Source of the DNA: Elusimicrobia bacterium GWA2_61_42
GTDB lineage: Bacteria; Elusimicrobiota; Elusimicrobia; Elusimicrobiales; UBA9959
Length of the DNA stretch: 64,000 bases
Assembly: GCA_001799615.1 (NCBI GenBank)
Contig: MGTU01000021.1
Span: forward strand, 27,268 to 91,267
Direction of reading: 5' to 3'
The notes beneath the pieces were generated by a model. The model saw only the letters and a list, made by a program, of their open reading frames with translations. It had not been told where the DNA came from and made no database searches. Position 1 is the first letter of the stretch. Each line of letters starts with the position of its first letter. The translations under genes were made by a program, and so were the position numbers. Positions 44,975 to 51,778 of this stretch are shown piece after piece.

Positions 44975-45080
44975 AGCGCGCCGGGGGGAGGCGGGGGCCT
45001 GCCTGCAAGGTTGTTAGTAAGGATATATAGGGCTGATCAACACCTTGGCCAGCGGTCCAAAACCATGTTTGGGGCCGGCC

Positions 45081-45130
45081 TTGACATGTCAAGGGGGTGG
45101 CCTTGACAAACCAGTTCTATCTGCTATAAT
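45081..45130 (+). promoter_or_regulatory. Sigma70 promoter with upstream palindromic operator (copy 2)
   Basis: TTGACA 45103-45108, 16-nt spacer, TGc-TATAAT 45125-45130. TTGAC-at-GTCAA 45081-45092 with the same 22-nt offset to the -35 as copy 1. Confidence 0.8.
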
Positions 45131-45146
45131 ATTAATGCCGTAAATC

Positions 45147-45163
45147 TGTAACGAGTTTGTAAC
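45147..45163 (+). promoter_or_regulatory. TGTAAC-N5-TGTAAC direct repeat (OmpR/PhoB-family, WalR-like box)
   Basis: TGTAAC-gagtt-TGTAAC, lying between the promoter and riboswitch 2. Confidence 0.6.
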
Positions 45164-45171
45164 GCCGTATT

Positions 45172-45254
45172 GTTACGATAATAGCAAAGCCGGTGAAAGC
45201 CGGCGGCGCAAAGTCAAGACCCGCTAAGTGAGCGGGGGTCAGACTACCGAAAAC
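45172..45254 (+). ncRNA. GEMM-I riboswitch aptamer, A20 variant (candidate 3',3'-cGAMP sensor), copy 2
   Basis: CGATAAT-A-GCAAA, P2 GCCGGT-GAAA-GCCGGC (GNRA loop), GGCGCAAAGTC, P3 CCGCT/AGCGG, and 3' GACTACCGAAA. The position-20 equivalent is A45183. Confidence 0.88.
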
Positions 45255-45255
45255 G

Positions 45256-46872
45256 ATGAAACGCATTCTTGCTGATGCTTTTGCCCCCTTGGCTATATGG
45301 GCTTCTTTGAAGCGTGTAATACGCTTCAGCCCGGTCATGGGGCTTTTTATTGCGTTTTCGGCGGCTTCGGCCCTGGCCCAGAGCGGCGGCCAGCCCGGGG
45401 CTTTCATGTCCTACGGCGCCGGCGCCAGGTCCCTCGGTATGGGCGGCGCTTTCTTCGCGGTGGCCGACGACGCCTCCGCCTCTTACTGGAACCCCGCCGC
45501 CCTCACCCTGCTGGAGCGCAAAGAATTCACCGCCATGCAGGCCACCCTCTTCGAAGACACCACGCTTAATTTCTTCACCTACGCGCATCCCACCACCACC
45601 AAGGGCACCTGGGCGATCAGCATGACCCAGCTTAAGTCCGTGGGCTTCGAGAAGATCTCCATCACCGCCAATCCGGCCGGCGACGAGATCGTGGACATCA
45701 AGACCGAGGGCAGCTTCGACAGCGTGGAGCAGGCCATGGCCTTCTCCTGGGGCCGCGACGTCTCCGATAAGCTCGCTTTCGGCGTGATGGCCAAGAACAT
45801 CACCCGCTCCCTGGACACCTCCGTCGACTCCTTCAAGGCCATCGACATCGCCATGCTGCAGAAGTTCTCCAAAACCTACCGCGCGGCCATCGGCATACAG
45901 AACGTGTTCTCCATGGCTTCCGGAGATACCGACGACAAGCTGCCCCTGACCATTAAATTCGGCCAAGCCCTGAGCCTCTTCAAAGGGGCCCTGGTCTTCG
46001 GTTTCGATATCGCCAAGCCCCAGAACTCCGCCACCAACTGGCGCTTCGGCGGCGAATACTGGCTGATGTACTGGAGCGCGCTGCGCTTCGGCGTGATGGG
46101 CACCCCCGCCATCCAGGAAGCCGATTTCGGCCTGGGCATCAAGTATAAGAACCTCGGCTTCGACATCTCCCAGGGCGTGCACGCGCTGGGCTCCACCACC
46201 CGCTTTTCCGTCACGCTGCGCATGGGCCAGTCCAACAAGAGCAAGCACGACCGCGAGGTCCGCGAGATCGTCCGCCAGGCCCTGCAGTACTTCAAGTCCG
46301 GCTACTTCACCCGCGCCATGGAGAAGCTGCGCAGCGCCATGGACGCCGACCCCGGCAACGCCGAGATCCGCCGCATGGTGACCCGCCTGCAGGGCGCCAT
46401 CGACTACGTGCCCGACGCCACCGGCGGCGAGGAAGTGCCTACCCTGACCCGCCGCGGCATCATCGCCTACGTGGACGGCAAAGACCTGCGCGCCTCGGTC
46501 AACGTGCTGCGCCACGCTTTCAACAAGGACCCCAAGAACGACCGCCTGCTCTCCCTGCTCAACATGGTGGAGAAAGAGGCCAATGTGAGCGAGCTGACCC
46601 GCAAGCCCGAGGGTCCCGAGATCTTCACCTACATAGACCAGCGCACCTATGACGCCCGCCAGTCCATCTACGACGGCAAATACGACCTGGCCATGAAGCG
46701 CGCTCAGGACATCCTGGACCTCGAGCCCAACAACGAGACCGCCCTGGAGATCATGGGCAGCGCCTTCTACCTGATGGACCAGAAAGAGAAAGCCAAGGTC
46801 ATCTGGGAGCGCGTGGTGGAGATCAACCCCAATAACTCCATAGTGAAGAACTTCCTCAAGCAGGTGCGTTAA
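45256..46872 (+). CDS. PorV/PorQ-family (UPF0164, FadL-like) outer-membrane barrel with C-terminal TPR region
   Basis: Signal peptide ending ASALA-Q; hallmark GAGARSLGMGGAF-x-AVADDASASYWNPA; alternating beta-strands to about STTRFSVTLRM; TPR helices after. Confidence 0.85.
   Translation: MKRILADAFAPLAIWASLKRVIRFSPVMGLFIAFSAASALAQSGGQPGAFMSYGAGARSLGMGGAFFAVADDASASYWNPAALTLLERKEFTAMQATLFEDTTLNFFTYAHPTTTKGTWAISMTQLKSVGFEKISITANPAGDEIVDIKTEGSFDSVEQAMAFSWGRDVSDKLAFGVMAKNITRSLDTSVDSFKAIDIAMLQKFSKTYRAAIGIQNVFSMASGDTDDKLPLTIKFGQALSLFKGALVFGFDIAKPQNSATNWRFGGEYWLMYWSALRFGVMGTPAIQEADFGLGIKYKNLGFDISQGVHALGSTTRFSVTLRMGQSNKSKHDREVREIVRQALQYFKSGYFTRAMEKLRSAMDADPGNAEIRRMVTRLQGAIDYVPDATGGEEVPTLTRRGIIAYVDGKDLRASVNVLRHAFNKDPKNDRLLSLLNMVEKEANVSELTRKPEGPEIFTYIDQRTYDARQSIYDGKYDLAMKRAQDILDLEPNNETALEIMGSAFYLMDQKEKAKVIWERVVEINPNNSIVKNFLKQVR
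45308..45348 (+). terminator. Two adjacent hairpins plus U-tract inside the porV signal-peptide coding region (possible expression platform of riboswitch 2)
   Basis: TGAAGCGT-gtaat-ACGCTTCA (8 bp), then AGCCC-ggtcatg-GGGCT-TTTT. The second stem is weak. Confidence 0.4.
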
Positions 46873-46883
46873 GCACCAGCGCA

Positions 46884-47014
46884 GGGCGCGGGCCGGGTCG
46901 GGTTAGCAAAACCCTGCCGGAGCCCGACGCTTGCGTAAGCGCGGAGGGCGAGGCGGGGAGTGGCGAGCACGGTGTGCGAGACCACGTTTTTGCGTTCCGA
47001 CCCGGCCTGCGCCC
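46884..47014. other. Highly structured intergenic element (REP/MITE-like or ncRNA)
   Basis: 18-nt arms GGGCGCGGGCCGGGTCGG and CCGACCCGGCCTGCGCCC (1 G-U pair). Nested stems GCAAAA/TTTTGC, CCCTGCC/GGCGGGG, GCTT/AAGC, GTGG/CCAC and GCAC/GTGC. Confidence 0.55.
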
Positions 47015-47041
47015 GGAGCGGAATTAAAACTTGAACTTTTT

Positions 47042-47074
47042 TGAAACATTCCTGTAATAAGGTAAAGATAGAAT
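47042..47074 (+). promoter_or_regulatory. Direct-repeat box TGAAAC-N5-TGTAAT plus -10 TAGAAT
   Basis: Boxes at 47042 and 47053 (11-bp period). TAGAAT 47069-47074 lies 10 nt after the second box. Confidence 0.5.
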
Positions 47075-47083
47075 AATATTGTC

Positions 47084-49033
47084 ATGCGTAAACCCGCGCT
47101 TATCTTAATTTTGCTGGCCCTGGCCGCCTTCGGGGCCCAGGCCCAGACCACCATGCCGGCCGTAGCCGACGGCATGAGCTCGTCTTTGATGGAGCGCCAG
47201 GACTCCCTGCGCCGGGAAACCGAGACCAAGATAAAGAACGAGATCCTGGACCCGATACTGGGCCCCGCCAAATCCTTCGTGTTCGCGGACGTCGAGCTGG
47301 AGGTCATCTCCAAGAAAGCCGAACAGAACAAAGAAGGCATCGGCATCATACAGAAGTACAAGGAAAAAGGCTCCGGCCAGGGCGGCGGGGGCGATACCGA
47401 TTTCATCCTGCCCGGCATTCCCAAGCCCAAGTCGGTGCTGGGCGGGGACAACAAGCGGCCGGAGGCGGCCTCGGGCCAGCAGGCCCAGCAGGCCAAGGGC
47501 GTGCAGGAGATCCGCTACGGCCTGGAGACCGAGATCACCCGCTTCCAGCTGACGGTCATCCACGACGACACTCTTTCCAAGGAAGCGGTAAAGCTCGCCC
47601 GCGAGCGGGTGGACGATTTCCTGATCCCCTACAAGATCCGCAAGAAGGACGCCCCCACGGTGGTCTTCAAGCCCACCAGGTTCAACGTGGTCAACCCGCT
47701 GGACGACCTGAAGCGGCCCGGCGTGTACCTGCCGTTGCTTTACGCGCTGCTTTTCCTTATACTGCTATTGTTCCTCTTCGGCCCGCTCTGGGGCTTCTTC
47801 CGCAAATATATCAAGGCGCTGCTGGCCAAGCCCGGCGCCGAGGTCAATATAGAGGATAAGAGGGAGGAAGGCGGGGGCGGCGGCGGCGAGGAGGAGGGCA
47901 AGGAAGAGACCGAGGGCCACCAGAGCATCGATATGAATTTCCTGCAGAAGGAAGCCGAGAAGAAAGAAGAAGAGGACGACCTTATGAAGAAATTTGAGCC
48001 CTTTACCTACCTCAACGAGGAAAACCTCAAGCGGCTGATCTACCTGTTCCTGCTCCGCAAAGAGGACCCGTGGGTGATAGCCGTGGTGCTCAGCTATATC
48101 AAGCCGGACCTGGCCCGCCAGGCTTTGTCCATGCTGCCGATAGAAATGCAGTCCCGCGTGGCCCTGGAGGCGCTGACCGTGCGCCAGGCCACCCGCGAGC
48201 AGATAGACGCCATAGACAAGGATATCCGCGAGAACGTGGATTTCGTGATGGGCGGCATAGAGCGCCTGGCCAAGATGCTGGACGATTCCGACCCGGCGAC
48301 CCGCAAGAATATCATCGAATACCTCAAGACGCAGAAGCCCGACATCTACGAAAAGGTCAAGCGCATCGTGCTGATGTTCGAGGACATCACGGGTTTCCCC
48401 GACCGCGACATGCAGGTCATCATCAGGAGCCTGTCCAACGAGGACATCGCCCGCGCCGTGGCCAAGGCGGACCCGGCCATCGTCAACAAGTTCTTCACCA
48501 ACATGTCGCAGGGCGCCGTCAACGCCATAAAAGAAATAATGGAGTATTCCGGCGAGGTCACGCCGGCCCTGCAGGACGAGGCCCAGATGAAGATCCTGGA
48601 CGCCGTCAAGGCTTTGGAGGCGGAAGGCAAGATCAACGTGCGCCAGGGCAATACGCAGGAGGTCTATATCATCGACGGGGGGGAGATGTCCTCCGCGGAC
48701 GAGCGCAAGCGCAAATTCGACAGCATGTCCGCGCCCAGGGAAGAAGCGGCCGCGGGCCCTACCGCGGAGCAGGCCGCCCAGGCGCAGCAGTACCTGTCCG
48801 CCGGCGTGGACCTTTATAACCAGGGCAAACTGCCGGAAGCGCTGCAGTACCTGGAATACGCCTCCTCCCAGAACCCCGGCGACGCGTCCACCTGGCAGTA
48901 CCTGGGCACCGTCTATTACGCCCAGCAGCGCGTGGACGAGGCCGTGGCGGCCTACGAGAAATACGCCTCGCTTTCGGGCGACCCGGCCGCGACGGAGTGG
49001 CTGGCCGGCTTCAAGGCCCAGGTAGGTCGCTAG
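47084..49033 (+). CDS. FliF(RBM3-like)-TM-FliG(M,C)-TPR fusion protein with signal peptide
   Basis: Signal peptide to AQA. FliF-like periplasmic block (EILDPILGPAKSFVFADVEL...LPGIP...EITRFQLTVIHD...LSKEAV). TM about 47718-47800. FliG-M (FEPFTYL...EDPWVIAVVLSYI, EHPQ-like) and FliG-C (GGIERLAKML...MFEDI...NMSQ...EAQMKI...LEAEGKI). C-terminal TPR. Confidence 0.8.
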   Translation: MRKPALILILLALAAFGAQAQTTMPAVADGMSSSLMERQDSLRRETETKIKNEILDPILGPAKSFVFADVELEVISKKAEQNKEGIGIIQKYKEKGSGQGGGGDTDFILPGIPKPKSVLGGDNKRPEAASGQQAQQAKGVQEIRYGLETEITRFQLTVIHDDTLSKEAVKLARERVDDFLIPYKIRKKDAPTVVFKPTRFNVVNPLDDLKRPGVYLPLLYALLFLILLLFLFGPLWGFFRKYIKALLAKPGAEVNIEDKREEGGGGGGEEEGKEETEGHQSIDMNFLQKEAEKKEEEDDLMKKFEPFTYLNEENLKRLIYLFLLRKEDPWVIAVVLSYIKPDLARQALSMLPIEMQSRVALEALTVRQATREQIDAIDKDIRENVDFVMGGIERLAKMLDDSDPATRKNIIEYLKTQKPDIYEKVKRIVLMFEDITGFPDRDMQVIIRSLSNEDIARAVAKADPAIVNKFFTNMSQGAVNAIKEIMEYSGEVTPALQDEAQMKILDAVKALEAEGKINVRQGNTQEVYIIDGGEMSSADERKRKFDSMSAPREEAAAGPTAEQAAQAQQYLSAGVDLYNQGKLPEALQYLEYASSQNPGDASTWQYLGTVYYAQQRVDEAVAAYEKYASLSGDPAATEWLAGFKAQVGR

Positions 49034-49035
49034 GA

Positions 49036-49084
49036 ATTAACATTTGTGTAACTTAATTGAAACCCGCTTCCTTTAGAATATAAA
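49036..49084 (+). promoter_or_regulatory. Triple 11-bp-period box (TTAAC/GTAAC/GAAAC) plus -10
   Basis: Pentamers at 49037, 49048 and 49059; TAGAAT 49074-49079 lies 10 nt after the last. An alternative reading is TTGAAA-16-TATAAA. Confidence 0.5.
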
Positions 49085-49112
49085 GGTATAGAAAACTCAG
49101 CCGGAAACACAT

Positions 49113-51431
49113 ATGGACGACAGGGATAAAAAAATTTCAAAGCCCGGGATGCCTCCGCTTCCTCCGGGCATGCTTAAGCCCGGCGCGCCCCCGCCCCCGA
49201 TGGGCGGCAAGCCTTCTTTGCCCCCTATGCCCCAGGGCGGCTTCGGCGGAGCCCCCGGCGGCTTCCCGCAGTTCGGCCAGCCCCAGCAGCCCGCTCAGCC
49301 CGTAAAGGACTCTTCCGCTGAAGAGGCCAGGAAAATACAGGAAGAGAAGGACAAGCTGGAGAAAAAGATCACGGACATGGAGAAACTCCTGTCCCAGGAG
49401 AAGGAAAAGGCGCTGCTGGCCACCCTTAAGAACCAGCAGGACGAGGCCCTTTCTTCCCGCGTGGAGTCCTCGCTTAAAGATATACAGGAGAAGATGCGCC
49501 GCGACCGCCGCGACCACGAGGTCGAGGAGGAGCGCCTTACCCTCAAATCCAAGATCAAGGAAATGGAAACCCGCCTGTCCCAGGAGCGCGAGACCTGGAT
49601 GCAGACGCTCAAGAACCAGATGTCGGAGCGCGAGACCCAGGGCCGCGACGTGGAAGGGCATTTCATCCACCGCCTCCAGGAGATGGAGCGCCGCTGGCTG
49701 GACGAAAAGGCCCAGTGGCAGAAAGAGATAGCTTCGCGCGAAGCGGTCATCAGCTCGCTCAAGTACGCCGATACCAAGCTGCGCGAGACCGAGGACGAGT
49801 TCCGCAAGGTTTCCATGGAGAAGTCCATGCTTGAGCGCGACGCCGCCAAGCTTAAGGACGAGGTGGCCCGCGCCGAGCGCGAGAAGGCCTCCATAGAGTC
49901 CTATATAAGGGTGATCCCCGAGAAGGAGCGCGAGCTGGCGGAGCTGAAATCGGACAACGTGGTGCTGCGCTCCCGCGAGGCCGCCGCCCACAGCGAGGCC
50001 AAGCTGCGGGACGAGAAGAACAATTTCGAGCTGGAGAAGCTGCAGAAGGAGATAGGCCGGCTGCAGTCCGATATCGGCTCCATCTCCGACCGCAAGAACG
50101 CCGAAAAGAACGAGGAGCTGAAAAAGCTCCAGATGCGTTTCGAGTTCCAGCTGCAGGAGAAGGAAAAGACCATCGCCGACGTTTCGGGCGAGAAAGTCCG
50201 CGCCATTTCGGAACTGGTCAAGATAAAAGGCTTTATAGGCAGGGTACAGGCCATCAACGCCGTGCTGGAGAAAGAGCGCGGCCACCTCAAGCTGGAGAAG
50301 ATGCAGCTGGCCCAGAATATGGCCGCCCAGCTCGAAGAGATCAAGCGCCTGAAAGCCGAAGGCGACGGCCTCAAGGCCGCCCACCAGGGCGAGCTGGAGG
50401 CTATGGCCGCCAGTATGCGCGCCGAGATAGACCGCGTGAAGAACGGCTACGCCGCCGAGATGGCCCGCAAGCACGCCGAAGAGACCGCCGAGCTGGTACG
50501 CGCCCAGCAGGAAGAAATTTCCAGGATCTCGGCCGCCAGGCAGAACGAACTGGCTGCCGCCGCGGCCATCGCCCGCGAAGCCGCGGACAGGACCGTGGCC
50601 GCCGGCAAGGAAGCCGCGGACAGGGCGGTGAGCGCCGCCCGCGAAGCCGCGGAGAAGACCGTGGCCGAGCGCCAGGCTGAATTCGACGCCCGCCTGTCCC
50701 AGCTGCGCAGCAAATACGAAAATTCCGCCGAGGACGAGAAGAACTCGCTCCGGCGCCAGCTGGAGGGGGAATATACCTCCCAGCTTAAGGAAGCCCGCGA
50801 AGCCGCGGCCGCCGCGCAGGACGCCGCCCTTAAATACGAACTCGAGAACCGCCGCCTTGTCACGATCTCCCGGGACGTCGAGGCCGCCATCGCCGGCAGG
50901 GCGAAGGAATACGAGGCCCGCGTAGCCCGCGCCGAGGCCGAAGCCGCCAGGCAGGAAAGCTCCGCCGCCGCCGCCGCCACCCAGAAAGCGGAAGCGGAAA
51001 AATACGCCCACGCCGCGGAATCGGACCGCCAGCGCCTTGGCGCCGAGGCGGCCGCGCTGCGCGAGCAGGCCTCCGTGCTGGCCGCGCAGAAGACCGCCTC
51101 CGAAGGCGAGGCCGCCAGGCTGGCCGCCGAGCTCAAGCTTCAGGCCGAACACCTCAAGGCCGAAAGCGAGAACCGCGCCCGTTTCGAATCCGAGCTGCTT
51201 TTCCTCAAGCAGAAGATACAGCAGATGGAGTTCCAGGCCCAGGAAAATACCGCCGCGCTGGACGCGGAACGCGCCAACTTCCAGTGCCTGCAGGCTTCCG
51301 CCGGGGAGCAGAGCGCGGCCTGTGCCGCCCAGGCGGCCGAACTCTCGGCCGAGCTGGAGCGCTACAAAGCGATGGAAAACTCCCTGGCCGACAGGCTTAA
51401 ATGGGCCATCAAGGGCAAAAAATCCGAGTAA
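49113..51431 (+). CDS. Long cytoplasmic coiled-coil protein with Pro/Gly-rich N-terminus
   Basis: N-terminal PGMPPLPPGM...PQFGQPQQP, then about 700 aa of E/K/R/A/L heptad-type sequence. No signal peptide or TM. Confidence 0.8.
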   Translation: MDDRDKKISKPGMPPLPPGMLKPGAPPPPMGGKPSLPPMPQGGFGGAPGGFPQFGQPQQPAQPVKDSSAEEARKIQEEKDKLEKKITDMEKLLSQEKEKALLATLKNQQDEALSSRVESSLKDIQEKMRRDRRDHEVEEERLTLKSKIKEMETRLSQERETWMQTLKNQMSERETQGRDVEGHFIHRLQEMERRWLDEKAQWQKEIASREAVISSLKYADTKLRETEDEFRKVSMEKSMLERDAAKLKDEVARAEREKASIESYIRVIPEKERELAELKSDNVVLRSREAAAHSEAKLRDEKNNFELEKLQKEIGRLQSDIGSISDRKNAEKNEELKKLQMRFEFQLQEKEKTIADVSGEKVRAISELVKIKGFIGRVQAINAVLEKERGHLKLEKMQLAQNMAAQLEEIKRLKAEGDGLKAAHQGELEAMAASMRAEIDRVKNGYAAEMARKHAEETAELVRAQQEEISRISAARQNELAAAAAIAREAADRTVAAGKEAADRAVSAAREAAEKTVAERQAEFDARLSQLRSKYENSAEDEKNSLRRQLEGEYTSQLKEAREAAAAAQDAALKYELENRRLVTISRDVEAAIAGRAKEYEARVARAEAEAARQESSAAAAATQKAEAEKYAHAAESDRQRLGAEAAALREQASVLAAQKTASEGEAARLAAELKLQAEHLKAESENRARFESELLFLKQKIQQMEFQAQENTAALDAERANFQCLQASAGEQSAACAAQAAELSAELERYKAMENSLADRLKWAIKGKKSE
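50571..50669 (+). repeat. 3 x 33-bp (11-residue) tandem repeat within the coiled-coil gene
   Basis: AREAADRTVAA / GKEAADRAVSA / AREAAEKTVAE. Confidence 0.8.
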
Positions 51432-51536
51432 CCGCGGGTTACAGGGTCTTGAAGGAGGGGCGCGGGGATAAAAGTCCTTTCTGCGGCCCCGCTTCCCGAC
51501 TCCGTAACTCCGTGACTTATTAGTATAATTATTCAA

Positions 51537-51761
51537 ATGATAAAGCTCGAAAAACTCAACGGCACGATCGTGGTGGTCAACGCCGAACTCATAGAGACCA
51601 TCGAGGCCGCCCCCGATACCGTGCTGAACCTGGCGACGGGCAACAGGTTCATCGTCAAGGACTCGGTGGATTCGGTCATCGCCAAGGTGGTGGAGTATAA
51701 AAAAGTGGTTTACTCCGAGCGGAAATGCGTAAACCCGTTCGAGGGCTTTGAGAAGCGGTAG
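51537..51761 (+). CDS. flbD: FlbD/SwrD-family protein
   Basis: MIKLEKLNG...VNAELIETIEAAPDTVLNLATG...VKDSV, the family signature, directly upstream of motA. Confidence 0.88.
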   Translation: MIKLEKLNGTIVVVNAELIETIEAAPDTVLNLATGNRFIVKDSVDSVIAKVVEYKKVVYSERKCVNPFEGFEKR

Positions 51762-51778
51762 CTGCCGGAGACACAAAT

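Noticed and set aside
9500-44974. RTX/type I secreted adhesin or multiheme nanowire
   Set aside because: I saw no GGxGxDxL nonapeptide runs or CxxCH motifs. A Sec signal, Cys pairs and a CTD point elsewhere. An aromatic-conduction role is unsupported.
44975-45080. Terminator after the giant gene
   Set aside because: Only weak, imperfect hairpins without a U-tract, so not called. Read-through into porV is possible.
51498-51517. ACTCCGT direct repeat before flbD as another WalR-like box
   Set aside because: The period is 8-9 nt rather than 11, and the spacing to the -10 does not match the other sites.
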